NCBI GenBank assembly: GCA_029781465.1
Contig: JAKOWQ010000392.1
Span: forward strand, 1-38,418
Length of the DNA stretch: 38,418 nt
Origin: Pseudomonadota bacterium
GTDB lineage: Bacteria > Pseudomonadota > Alphaproteobacteria > Sphingomonadales > Sphingomonadaceae
Reading direction: 5' to 3'
A program made the position numbers and the translations under genes. Every line of letters begins with the position of its first letter. Within the stretch, counting starts at the first letter, position 1. Positions 1-9,237 of this stretch are shown one piece after another. The notes under the pieces were generated by a model, which was not told the origin of the DNA, did no database searches, and saw only the letters and a program-made list of their open reading frames with translations.

Positions 1-2
1 TG

Positions 3-920
3 GTGCCGACGCTTCAGGCCGCGCTTGACGATTGGGACCGGCACGAGCCAACCCTGCGTGCGCTTTCCACCGAGCTGGAGCACGGCGCGATCCCGCGTGA
101 GCGCTTTCACGAACGCGAAGCCGCCGCTCCGCTGCCACGAGCCTATCAGTGGGCCGATGGCTCGGCCTACGTCAATCACGTCGAACTGGTGCGCAAGGCG
201 CGCGGGGCCGAACTGCCCGAAAGCTTCTGGCACGATCCGCTGATGTACCAGGGCGGCAGCGATGACCTGCGCGGCGCGCGCGAGGCGATCGCGCTCGCCG
301 ACGAGGCCTGGGGCTGCGATATGGAGGCCGAGATCTGTGTGGTCACCGGCGACGTGCCGCAGGGTGTTTCGGCAGCGGATGCGCTGGGCCAGATCCGCCT
401 GATCGGGCTGGTCAACGACGTGTCGCTGCGCAACCTGATCCCGGCAGAGCTCGCCAAGGGTTTCGGCTTCGTTCAGTCCAAGCCGGCCAGCCATTTCTCG
501 CCGGTTTTCGTCACTCCCGACGAACTCGGCGATGCCTGGCAGGGCGGGCGGCTTGCGGGCGTGCTGCGGGTCGATCTCAACGGCGAGGCTTTCGGGCGCG
601 CCGACGCTGGCGAGGAGTGCACCTTCGATTTCGGCACGCTGATCGCGCATCTCGCCAAGACCCGCCGGATCGGGGCGGGATCGATCATCGGTTCGGGCAC
701 GGTTTCCAACCGCGATCCCGATGGCTCCCCCGGGCGCCCCTGCGGCGCGGGCGGGCGCGGCTATTCGTGCATCGCCGAACAGCGGATGATCGAAACCATC
801 GCCAGCGGAGCGGCCTCCACTCCGTTTCTGCGCTATGGCGATAGGGTGCGGATCGAGATGCTCGATGGCAAGGGCCACACCATCTTCGGTGCGATCGAGG
901 GCGAGGTGGTGCCGGCCTGA
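3..920 (+). CDS. Fumarylacetoacetate hydrolase family protein (5' end probably outside the window)
   Basis: FAH-family motifs: PRAYQWADGSAY, DMEAEI, NDVSLRNL, QSKPASHFSP, IIGSGTVSN. The frame runs from the window edge. Confidence 0.88.
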   Translation: MPTLQAALDDWDRHEPTLRALSTELEHGAIPRERFHEREAAAPLPRAYQWADGSAYVNHVELVRKARGAELPESFWHDPLMYQGGSDDLRGAREAIALADEAWGCDMEAEICVVTGDVPQGVSAADALGQIRLIGLVNDVSLRNLIPAELAKGFGFVQSKPASHFSPVFVTPDELGDAWQGGRLAGVLRVDLNGEAFGRADAGEECTFDFGTLIAHLAKTRRIGAGSIIGSGTVSNRDPDGSPGRPCGAGGRGYSCIAEQRMIETIASGAASTPFLRYGDRVRIEMLDGKGHTIFGAIEGEVVPA

Positions 921-924
921 ACCG

Positions 925-958
925 AAAAGGCGCCCCTGCCGCAAGGGCAAGGGCGCCT
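925..958 (-). terminator. Rho-independent terminator hairpin between the convergent FAH and tadC genes
   Basis: Minus strand reads AGGCGCCCTTGCC-CTTGC-GGCAGGGGCGCCT followed by TTTC. Confidence 0.75.
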
Positions 959-979
959 GTCGGGTAATTGCTGGCCGGA

Positions 980-1987
980 TCAGTGCTGACCGGGCTTGTG
1001 GCTGAAGGCGTCGGCGATCGAGCAGGCCGCAGGGCCAAGGATCACGATGAACAGCACCGGCAGAATGAACAGGATCAGCGGAACCGTCATGATCGCGGGC
1101 AGCCGCGCGGCCTTTTCCTCGGCGCGCATCATGCGCTCGTTGCGGAATTCGGCCGAGAGCACGCGCAGCGCCGAGGCCAGCGGCGTACCATAGCGTTCGG
1201 TCTGGACCATGGTGGTGGTCACACCCTTCACCGCATCGAGATTGACGCGGTAGGCGAGGTTCTCGAACGCCTGGCGCCGTTCGCTGAGGAACGAGAGTTC
1301 GATCGCGGTGAGCGCGAATTCGTCGCCCAGCTCGGGATAGGCCCGGCCCAGTTCGCGCGCCACGCGGTTGAAAGCGGCATCGACGGTAAGGCCCGCCTCG
1401 GCGCAGATCACCAGCAGGTCGAGCGCGTCGGGAAGGCCCTTGCGGATAGCGTCGGTGCGCTTGGAGATGATGTTCTGGATGTAGATTTCAGGCCCCTTGT
1501 AGCCCGCGCCGACGGCAAAGGCGAAGCCCATCAGCTTCTTCATCCCCCCCCAGGTGGGGAAATAGTTGATGCCATAGATCATGAAGGCCGCGATCCCGCC
1601 GAGCACCACCGGCAGCACCATGCGCGCGAAGATCACGGCAACGCCGAGTTCCTTCTTGCGGATACCGGCCTGCGCCAGCTTTTGCTGGATTGCCTCGAGC
1701 TGGCTCTGCTGCAGCACCTTGAGCGCCGACAGCGTGTCCTTCATCTTCTCGGTGGTCTCGTTCTTGCGAACGAGCTGGGCACGCTTCTTGGCGGTCTGGG
1801 TAACGATCCCGGCCTTGAGCTGCTCGCGCCGCTCGTTGAGCGACTTGACGCGCTTCTGCATCGGATCGCGGATGGTGACCGCGGTATAGATCGCGAACAT
1901 CACCGCAAGGGCGGCCATACCTGCGAGGATCGAGCCGACCCAGAGGACGTCGATGCCGAGAAGCGTGGGTCCGGGCGTGGTATTCAT
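980..1987 (-). CDS. tadC: Tad pilus inner-membrane platform protein TadC (T2SS F family)
   Basis: LPDALDLLVICAEAGL and RAEEKAARLPAIMTVPLILFILP motifs. Start moved to ATG 1987 (MNTTPGP), because the longer ORF overlaps tadB. Confidence 0.92.
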   Translation of the reverse strand: MNTTPGPTLLGIDVLWVGSILAGMAALAVMFAIYTAVTIRDPMQKRVKSLNERREQLKAGIVTQTAKKRAQLVRKNETTEKMKDTLSALKVLQQSQLEAIQQKLAQAGIRKKELGVAVIFARMVLPVVLGGIAAFMIYGINYFPTWGGMKKLMGFAFAVGAGYKGPEIYIQNIISKRTDAIRKGLPDALDLLVICAEAGLTVDAAFNRVARELGRAYPELGDEFALTAIELSFLSERRQAFENLAYRVNLDAVKGVTTTMVQTERYGTPLASALRVLSAEFRNERMMRAEEKAARLPAIMTVPLILFILPVLFIVILGPAACSIADAFSHKPGQH

Positions 1988-2006
1988 GACGCTGATATTC
2001 CCCCGC

Positions 2007-2978
2007 TCAGATCTCGAAGCTGACCATCTTGGCCATGATGAAGGCGCCAATCGACATCCACACCAGCCCGCCAATGCCGGTCACGATCAGCCGGTCGTCG
2101 GTGAAAAAGCCGCCAAGGTATTTCGGGTTGATCCAGTAGACCATGCCGAAGACGATGAACGGCAGCGAGCCGACGATGTAGGCCGAAGCCTTCGATTCCG
2201 AACTCATCGCCCGGATCTTGAGCTTCATCTGCGCGCGCTGGCGCAGCACGTTGGCCAGGTTGGAAAGCGTTTCCGCCAGGTTGCCGCCGGTTTCGCGCTG
2301 GATCGCCAAGGTGATGACGAAAAAGCTGAATTCGGGCGTGTTGAGCCGGTCAGCGGTCTCCTGGAGGGCATCCTCCATGGTCTTGCCGATCTTGATGCGT
2401 TCGGTCACCAGCTTGAATTCCTCGCCCACCGGGCCGGGAACTTCCGAGGCGACCACGCCCAGCGTTTCGGTAACCGGAAGGCCCGAGCGCAGACCGCGAA
2501 CCAGCAGCTCGATCGCGTCGGGAAACTTCGCGGTGAAAGCGCCGTTGCGCTTCTTGATGAAGAAGTTGACCGTGGCGTGGGGAATGCCCGCGCCGCAGAA
2601 CAGCCCCAGGCCAAGCGCAAACATGGCATTGCCCGACTTGAGGTAGACCAGCACTGCCGTGACCACCGCGATGCCGGCCGAAGCATAGGCATATTGGGTC
2701 AGCGTCCAGTCCTTGCCGGAACGATGCAGACGCAGCGCCAGCGCGGCGACGCGCGATTCCGAACCCGCGATGTGGTGCATCTTGGGCTTGCGCGCGGCGA
2801 CCGCCTTCTTGAGCTGGGCCTCGACCCGGTCGTTGGTGCTTTCCGAATGGCGATAGCGCACCGACTGGAGGCGGCGCGCGCCTTCCTTGGTCGGCGAAGG
2901 ACCCGACAAGGCCAGATAGCCCACGACCATGAAGGCCATCAGACCCACGGCAACAAGCAGGAGCTGTACAATGCTCAT
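2007..2978 (-). CDS. tadB: Tad pilus assembly protein TadB
   Basis: FPDAIELLVRGLRSGLP and IQRETGGNLAETLSNL motifs; directly upstream of tadC. Confidence 0.92.
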   Translation of the reverse strand: MSIVQLLLVAVGLMAFMVVGYLALSGPSPTKEGARRLQSVRYRHSESTNDRVEAQLKKAVAARKPKMHHIAGSESRVAALALRLHRSGKDWTLTQYAYASAGIAVVTAVLVYLKSGNAMFALGLGLFCGAGIPHATVNFFIKKRNGAFTAKFPDAIELLVRGLRSGLPVTETLGVVASEVPGPVGEEFKLVTERIKIGKTMEDALQETADRLNTPEFSFFVITLAIQRETGGNLAETLSNLANVLRQRAQMKLKIRAMSSESKASAYIVGSLPFIVFGMVYWINPKYLGGFFTDDRLIVTGIGGLVWMSIGAFIMAKMVSFEI

Positions 2979-3041
2979 GCGCGCACTACGCCTCTAGTTT
3001 CAGGGGCACCCGCCTTTGGGGCGAGGCACCGGTTACCTGGT

Positions 3042-4328
3042 TCAACCCTGCGCCGGAGCGGGCGACTTGGCCGGCTTCTTGGACAGCAGGGACTTGAAAT
3101 CGAACTTGCCGAGCAGCGAGGGCTTGGCCTTGACCGCGTCATCGACCGGTTCGCCATCGCCCACGCCCATCACCGCCTTGGCAACGTCGCGCATCGCGGT
3201 GCCGGCCTTGGACGAGCGGTTCGCGTCGGCAAAGGTCTGGCCAAGCTTGGCGGCATTGGTCGCGGCCTTGACGTCGTAGGGGATGGTGAAACCGATCTTG
3301 CGTTCGATCGAGGCCTCGAAATCCGCCTTGCTGATCTCGGCCACACCGCTCTGCACCTTGTTGGCGATCACGATCGGCTGGATATGGGCCGCGTTGGCCT
3401 TTAGCCACGAAAGGATGCGGATCGCATCGCGCGCGGAAGCCAGCGTCATTTCCGTCACCAGCAGCACGACATTCACGTCGGCCAGCAGGTGCGGGAAATT
3501 GATCAGCATGTTGCGCGGCAGGTCGATCACCGTCATCTCGAAAGCCTGACGGAATTCCTCTTCCAGCTGCACGAAGGCGGCACCGTCGGTCATCAGCGGC
3601 GAATTCATCGGCGCTTCGGCCGAGAGGATCGCAAGATGATCGTTGGCGCGGATCATCGCGCGCTCGATGAACAGCCCGTCGATCCGGCCCGGATTCTCGA
3701 TCGCGTCGGTCAGGCCGCGGCCCGGCTCGAGATCGAGCGTCAGTGCGCCGGTGCCGAAATGCACGTCGAGATCGAGCAGCGCGGTCGGCATCTTCTCGTC
3801 CGCGCTGAACAGCCAGGCGAGCGAGGTGGCGATGGTCGAGGCGCCGACCCCGCCGCGCGTGCCGATCACCGCGGTCGAGATGTGGCGCTTGGCCGCTTGC
3901 GGGTCATGCTGCTTGGGAGCCGAGAAGATCGCCTGGGCGTTGACCAGCGCATCACGCAGCTGACCGGGCGAGAGCGGCTTGAGCAGATAGTCGTGGATCC
4001 CGCTCGCGATCAGATCGCGATAGAGCCGCACGTCGTTGACCTGGCCGACCGCGATCACCACCGTGCCAGGTTCGCAAACCTCGGCCAGGGCGTTGATGTC
4101 GCTCAGCGGATCGCCGCTTTCCGACAGGTCGACCATCAGGATGTTCGGGCTGGCCGAGATCGACAGGGACTGGACCGCGTTGCGCAGACCGCCCTTGTTG
4201 CACTTCTCGGGCGCCCAGCCCATTTCGATCACGACGGGGCGCAGCACATCGAGCGACGCGTCGTCGCAGATGAACGCGCTGAAGGCGTCGCGGTTGCCCT
4301 GCACACCAGGTTTCCAAGGAGCATTCAT
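3042..4328 (-). CDS. cpaE: Pilus assembly protein CpaE/TadZ (atypical receiver domain plus MinD/ParA-like ATPase domain)
   Basis: Deviant Walker A GTRGGVGAST, LLDLDVHFG, N-terminal receiver-like region; position in the cpa operon. Confidence 0.9.
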   Translation of the reverse strand: MNAPWKPGVQGNRDAFSAFICDDASLDVLRPVVIEMGWAPEKCNKGGLRNAVQSLSISASPNILMVDLSESGDPLSDINALAEVCEPGTVVIAVGQVNDVRLYRDLIASGIHDYLLKPLSPGQLRDALVNAQAIFSAPKQHDPQAAKRHISTAVIGTRGGVGASTIATSLAWLFSADEKMPTALLDLDVHFGTGALTLDLEPGRGLTDAIENPGRIDGLFIERAMIRANDHLAILSAEAPMNSPLMTDGAAFVQLEEEFRQAFEMTVIDLPRNMLINFPHLLADVNVVLLVTEMTLASARDAIRILSWLKANAAHIQPIVIANKVQSGVAEISKADFEASIERKIGFTIPYDVKAATNAAKLGQTFADANRSSKAGTAMRDVAKAVMGVGDGEPVDDAVKAKPSLLGKFDFKSLLSKKPAKSPAPAQG

Positions 4329-4331
4329 GGC

Positions 4332-4982
4332 TTACTTCCCGCTCTGCGAAGACTGTTGCTTGAGGCCGCCCTGTCCGGTCGGCGGGGCCTCGCGATAGGA
4401 ATCGATGGCCTTGGTGGAGCTCATCGCCGTGGTCCGGCTGTCTCCGCTGGCGCCGTGGATCAGGTGCTCCGGATCGGCGATCATTGCCGCGAAGTTGGAG
4501 TTGACCGCGCAGCCGTAGTTGGAGCTGGTGCCGTTGCTGAAATTGGTTTCCGAATCGGCCGACCAATCGGGGCAGCCCGGCACCGAAGCGCTTGAACGTG
4601 CCACGATCACCCGCACCGTGCCCGCCGGGACGTCGCCCGGGGTAACCGGAGCGTCGGTACCGACCAGCATGCCATAGCGGCCCGCGATCGCTTCCACCGC
4701 GCCGCGGGTGGCGGCGCCTGCCAGCGGATCATCGACATAGATGCGATCGCCATAGCGCAGGCCCATCGCGTCGAACCAGCCGACTAGGCGGCGCTGTTCG
4801 GGCAGCGAAAGACCGCCCGAACCGGCGTTCAGGTCGAGCGTATAGTTGGTGCGTTCCACCACAGGCTGGTGAATGCTTTCAATGCTGCGATTGGAAGGCA
4901 TGCCGCCGCAGGCACCGAGCGCGAGGCTCAGCGCCAGGGTCATTGCTCCGGCCAACGGCTTGCGGGTCTTGATCCTAAGCAT
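4332..4982 (-). CDS. cpaD: Pilus assembly lipoprotein CpaD
   Basis: Lipobox LGAC, CPDWS, and NYGCAVNSNFAAMIADPEHL motif. Confidence 0.88.
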   Translation of the reverse strand: MLRIKTRKPLAGAMTLALSLALGACGGMPSNRSIESIHQPVVERTNYTLDLNAGSGGLSLPEQRRLVGWFDAMGLRYGDRIYVDDPLAGAATRGAVEAIAGRYGMLVGTDAPVTPGDVPAGTVRVIVARSSASVPGCPDWSADSETNFSNGTSSNYGCAVNSNFAAMIADPEHLIHGASGDSRTTAMSSTKAIDSYREAPPTGQGGLKQQSSQSGK

Positions 4983-4997
4983 CGCTATTCACCTCGC

Positions 4998-6620
4998 TCA
5001 ATTCAGGCTGAAACCGGGCGCCGCGTCGGTGGCCGAGGCAGCTGCGGTGCGCTTGTTCTTCTTGTTCTTCTTGTCCTTCGACGGCTCTGGCATCGCGCTG
5101 GGCTGGTCGAGTTCGCCAACCTTGGGCGCAACCGCGGCGTCCTGCTTGCTGGTCGGCTTGGGACGATCCCCACCCGATTGGCCGTCGGACTTCATGTTGC
5201 CGAAGATGCGCTGGGCATCGTTGGGCGCCTGATAGCCATCGGTCGGCAGCTTGATGTCGTTGGCATCGACCGGCTGGACCAGATAGGGCGTGATCACGAT
5301 CACCAGTTCGGTATCGCCGCGCTGGAAGCTGGTCGAACGGAACAGCGAGCCCAGGATCGGCACGTCGCCGGCGCCAGGCATCTTCTTGATCGTGTTCTGA
5401 GAGTTGTTGCCCATCAGCCCCGCGATCATGAAGCTTTGGCCAGAGCCGAGCTCAACCGTGGTTTCCGCCCGGCGCACGGTCAGCGCCGGCACCTGGAAGC
5501 CGTTAAGCGTGATCGAGCCCTGGGCCGACAGCTCGGATACTTCCGGGCGAACCCGGATCGAGATCCGGCCGTTGGCCAGCACCGTCGGGGTATAGGCCAG
5601 ACTGACACCGAATTTCTTGTATTCGACCGAGGTCGTGCCAAGACCCTGGCTGATCGGGATCGGGTATTCCCCACCGGCCAGGAATTCGGCCGTCTCGCCC
5701 GAAAGCGCGGTAAGGTTGGGTTCGGACAGCGTCGTGACCATGCCGACCGTTTCGCCCGCATCGAGCGCGCCGAGCAGATCGAGGCCGAGGAACTTGCCCG
5801 CCATCGCGATGGTGGTGCCGGTTCCCACCGGCGCAACGGTGGTCGAATCGATCGTCGAACCATCGGGCAGGGTAACCGTAGCGGAATGACCCATGCCGAT
5901 CGGTGTGCCGGGGGTGAAGGTCTTCACCGCACCCTGACCGATGCCGAACTGGAACCCGTTGCCACCCTTGCTGAAAGTGGTGAGGTTGACCCCAAGGGTC
6001 TTGACCAGCGAATGGCTGACCTCGGCAAAGCGCACCTTGAGGCTGACCTGCAGCGGCGTGGCGGTCTTGAGCCGGGTGATGACGTTGGCATCCCTGCCGA
6101 CGAAAGCCTCAACCAGCCGCTGGGCTTCGGCGGCGTCCTCGGGCGAGGCGACGGTGCCGGTCAGCAGGAAGGTGTTGGTCCCCATGGTGGAAACCGCGAT
6201 CTTGGCATCGGGCATCGCCATGCGCAGCATCTGATCGACGCTGTCGATGTTCGAGCCGACGCGGATATTGGCCGACCAGATGATCTCGCCAGCCGAGTTG
6301 CTGGCATAGACCGTGGTCTCGCCGCCGGCCTTGCCGAAAACGTAGAGCTGGCGCGCGGACTTGATCTGCACATCGGCGATCGAATCGTTGGCAACAAAGA
6401 CGTCGGCCATGGTGCCGCCAACGCTGACCAGCTGGCCGCGCCCGATCGAAAGGGCGATGTCGTTGGCCGGCTTGACGACGGACTGTGCGGTCGCGCCCTG
6501 GGTCGGGACCAGCGCCAGCGGCGCAAGCGCGCAGGCGGCGGTCAGCATGGTGGTGGCAAGGCGGTTCATTTTGCGACCTTTCGTGGCGCCGGTCACGGCA
6601 CGGACAATGCGGTTGGCCAT
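4998..6620 (-). CDS. cpaC: Tad secretin CpaC/RcpA
   Basis: Secretin motifs EPNLTALSGETAEFLAGGEYPIP and VPILGSLFRSTSFQRGDTELVIVITPYLV; signal peptide; GGAGG upstream. An alternative start at 6569 is possible. Confidence 0.92.
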   Translation of the reverse strand: MANRIVRAVTGATKGRKMNRLATTMLTAACALAPLALVPTQGATAQSVVKPANDIALSIGRGQLVSVGGTMADVFVANDSIADVQIKSARQLYVFGKAGGETTVYASNSAGEIIWSANIRVGSNIDSVDQMLRMAMPDAKIAVSTMGTNTFLLTGTVASPEDAAEAQRLVEAFVGRDANVITRLKTATPLQVSLKVRFAEVSHSLVKTLGVNLTTFSKGGNGFQFGIGQGAVKTFTPGTPIGMGHSATVTLPDGSTIDSTTVAPVGTGTTIAMAGKFLGLDLLGALDAGETVGMVTTLSEPNLTALSGETAEFLAGGEYPIPISQGLGTTSVEYKKFGVSLAYTPTVLANGRISIRVRPEVSELSAQGSITLNGFQVPALTVRRAETTVELGSGQSFMIAGLMGNNSQNTIKKMPGAGDVPILGSLFRSTSFQRGDTELVIVITPYLVQPVDANDIKLPTDGYQAPNDAQRIFGNMKSDGQSGGDRPKPTSKQDAAVAPKVGELDQPSAMPEPSKDKKNKKNKRTAAASATDAAPGFSLN

Positions 6621-6621
6621 C

Positions 6622-7629
6622 TCAGTTCCTCCCCACGGGTTCTTCGACCGTGGTCTTGCCGCGGGTCACGCGGACCACGGGTCCGGCGGGGCGGGCGGGT
6701 GAGGCGGCTGCGGGGGCCGAGTAGGGTGCCGCAGCGGCACGCGGAGCAGGCGCCGCCGAGGGCACGTTGCGGCGCTGGAAGCGCGAAACGTCGCCGCCGG
6801 TGACAAAGGTCGTGCCGCCTTCGACCGGGCGGTTCATCGCGTCGGCCAGGAATTTCTCTTCCTGCGCCTTGTTGGCGCCGGCGGGAACCTTGACCGATCC
6901 GCTGGCGATCGCCTGGTCGAGCTCGGACTGGTTGTCGGCCAGGCTGCGCAGCGCAAGGCTGAGCGTGCCGATGGTCTGGGCAACCTGGATCTTCTCGGCG
7001 ATCTTGGGGGTGACCTCGAGGGTCACCGTGCGGAAGCCGCGAACGATGGTCTTGCCGTCCTCGACCGAGGTTTCGGTCGACTGATCGGTGGCCAGGACGC
7101 GCACGTTGCGCAGGATCGTCTCGGTGGTCTTGAGCGGCTCGCCGCCACCCTCGCCGCGCACGGTCTGGGTCAGCATCAGGTCGACATGGTCGCCCGGGAA
7201 GACAAAGCCGCCGACCCCGGTCTTGGCCGAGACGGGGATGGTGATCGCCCGCATGCCGGGGCCAAGCGCCGCCGCGAGGAAGCCGCGATCGCCGGGGGCG
7301 ACAAGACCGCCCTGGGTAACCGGCTGACCGGCGGTGATCGGATAGCGTACCACGGTGCCGAGCAGCTTGTTCATGTCTGCCTCGCCATCGACGAAGTAGG
7401 CATCCTGGACCATTTCCTTGGGCCACAGCTGGAACGAAACCGCATCGGCGGTGATGATCGTGCCGACCGGCAGCGCGCGCTGGGCGACCAGCACCTTGGG
7501 GCCCTGCGGCACCTGAGCGGCTTCGGCCTTGGGCGCGCTGCCCCCGGCCAACAGGCTCCTTGCAGCCAGGGCAGTGCCGATCGCAATGACCAGCGCGCCA
7601 AGCAGCAGCATCAGCTTCTTTCTATCCAT
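6622..7629 (-). CDS. cpaB: Flp pilus assembly protein CpaB/RcpC (SAF domain)
   Basis: N-terminal TM helix, VLVAQRALPVGTII, PGMRAITIPV, GGFVFPGDHVDL, NVRVLATDQ. Confidence 0.92.
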   Translation of the reverse strand: MDRKKLMLLLGALVIAIGTALAARSLLAGGSAPKAEAAQVPQGPKVLVAQRALPVGTIITADAVSFQLWPKEMVQDAYFVDGEADMNKLLGTVVRYPITAGQPVTQGGLVAPGDRGFLAAALGPGMRAITIPVSAKTGVGGFVFPGDHVDLMLTQTVRGEGGGEPLKTTETILRNVRVLATDQSTETSVEDGKTIVRGFRTVTLEVTPKIAEKIQVAQTIGTLSLALRSLADNQSELDQAIASGSVKVPAGANKAQEEKFLADAMNRPVEGGTTFVTGGDVSRFQRRNVPSAAPAPRAAAAPYSAPAAASPARPAGPVVRVTRGKTTVEEPVGRN

Positions 7630-7685
7630 GGCTATGCGAGCCCCCTAGAAAATCCCGAACTTCAACATTCCTATTCGGGCAAACT

Positions 7686-7703
7686 GGTTAAAATCCGGTT
7701 CAC
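7686..7703 (-). promoter_or_regulatory. Putative CtrA box upstream of cpaB
   Basis: Plus strand TTAA-AATCCGG-TTCAC; minus strand TGAA-N7-TTAACC. One mismatch to TTAA-N7-TTAA. Confidence 0.5.
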
Positions 7704-8200
7704 CCGATCCCGGCCTGGGCCGCGGGTGATTGAAATGCAGGCAGATATTGCGAAGCGAGTACCCACAGGCCCGCAGCGGAAATCGCCACGCCATAGGGAA
7801 TCGCAAGTTTGCTGCGCTGGCGCCGGGCAACGTGCCAGGCACCGAGCACCAGGGTCAGCACCCCGCCGATCAGCGCCATCACCACCAGCAAGCGCATGAA
7901 CCAGACCGGCTGGATCCACAGCGCCAGGGCAGTGAGAAGCTTTACGTCGCCGCCGCCCATCGCACGGATCGCGAACAGCACGGCCAGGGCGGCAAAGGTT
8001 ACCGCCGCAACGCCGAGCTGCCAGGCCACATCGGGCCACAATGCGAGTCCGCTGGCCCACCAGAACAGCGGGGCCGTCGCGGCGATCGCGGCGTTGAGCC
8101 AGTTGTCGATCTGGCGTCGGCGGATGTCGGTAAAGGCGGCAACCAGCAGCGCGATTGCCAAGCATCCCAGCAGCAGGTAACGAAATTCGACGTCCGGCAT
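7700..8200 (-). CDS. cpaA: Prepilin peptidase CpaA/TadV (A24 family)
   Basis: Catalytic Asp motifs TDIRRRQIDN and MGGGDVKL, IPYGVAI; hydrophobic throughout. Start taken at ATG 8200. Confidence 0.9.
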   Translation of the reverse strand: MPDVEFRYLLLGCLAIALLVAAFTDIRRRQIDNWLNAAIAATAPLFWWASGLALWPDVAWQLGVAAVTFAALAVLFAIRAMGGGDVKLLTALALWIQPVWFMRLLVVMALIGGVLTLVLGAWHVARRQRSKLAIPYGVAISAAGLWVLASQYLPAFQSPAAQAGIG

Positions 8201-8285
8201 GGTGTGCCCCCTGATCTCAAGAGACACCTCTAAGCGTCAGGACTTACCAAAAAGTAACCACCCGCAGGAGCCTGGTGTTAGCCAC

Positions 8286-9233
8286 ATGAGCCAAGAGTTT
8301 GACCGGCGTTCGATCCCGCCCGCGGCGCAAGAGGGCCTATGGCATGCGCCCGATGGCCATCCGGTCCGCCGGATCGATTGGCCGGTCCCTTCCGGCGAGG
8401 CAAAGGGATCGCTGCTGTTCCTGCCCGGGCGCGGCGATTTCTATGAGAAATATCTCGAAACGCTCGATCACTGGCATGGGCTGGGCTGGCGGGTGACTGC
8501 GGCAGACTGGCGCGGCCAGGCCGGATCGGGGCGGCTGGGGCTCGATGCCGTGACCGGACACATCGACGATTTCGCCACCTGGACCGAGGACCTGGCCGCG
8601 CTGTGGAAGGACTGGAAGGCGCAAACGCCGGGTCCGCATGTGCTGGCCGCCCACTCGATGGGCGGGCATCTGGCGCTGCGGGCCACCGCCGAACACGCAG
8701 TCAATCCCGATGCGCTGCTGCTCTCGGCGCCGATGCTCGGCTTCACCGCCAGCGTGCTGCCCGATGCGGTGATGCACGCCGCGGCGCGGCTGATGAAGGC
8801 GCTGGGCGATCCGCGCCGCCCGGCCTGGAAGTGGAGCGAAAAGCCCGGTCAGCCGCCCGAGGCGCGGGTCCACCTGCTGACCCATGATCGCGAGCGTTAT
8901 GCCGACGAACTGTGGTGGCGCGAGGCGCGGCCCGAACTGGTGATGGGGCCGGGATCGTGGGGCTGGGTCGAACGCGCCTATGCCTCGATGCGCGCCCTGT
9001 TCGCGCCGGGCGTGCTGGAAGGCGTGTGGCAGCCGGTGCTGATCCTTGCCACCGACAACGACAAGCTGGTCGGCTTCAAGGCGATCGAGCGCGCCGCCGC
9101 GCGGCTGCCCGACGTGCGCCTGATCGAATTCGGCAAGCGCGCCCATCACGAGATCCTGCGCGAGGAGGACAGCGTGCGCGACGAGGCACTGGCGGCGGCG
9201 GACGCCTTTTTGGCGCGAGTGGCGGGCGGCTGA
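8286..9233 (+). CDS. Alpha/beta hydrolase, lysophospholipase L2 (PldB)-like
   Basis: PGRGDFYEKY, DWRGQAGSGR, nucleophile elbow AHSMG, C-terminal HEILRE. Start at ATG 8286. Confidence 0.85.
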   Translation: MSQEFDRRSIPPAAQEGLWHAPDGHPVRRIDWPVPSGEAKGSLLFLPGRGDFYEKYLETLDHWHGLGWRVTAADWRGQAGSGRLGLDAVTGHIDDFATWTEDLAALWKDWKAQTPGPHVLAAHSMGGHLALRATAEHAVNPDALLLSAPMLGFTASVLPDAVMHAAARLMKALGDPRRPAWKWSEKPGQPPEARVHLLTHDRERYADELWWREARPELVMGPGSWGWVERAYASMRALFAPGVLEGVWQPVLILATDNDKLVGFKAIERAAARLPDVRLIEFGKRAHHEILREEDSVRDEALAAADAFLARVAGG

Positions 9234-9237
9234 AAAG

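Noticed and set aside
925-958. Shared CCGCAAGG loop in the hairpins at 925-958 and 25850-25877 as a repeat family
   Set aside because: The stems differ; both sit between convergent genes and are adequately explained as ordinary terminators.
8244-8259. TTAC-N6-GTAA palindrome in the cpaA/hydrolase divergent spacer
   Set aside because: Too short, and it does not fit the CtrA spacing; cannot be assigned.
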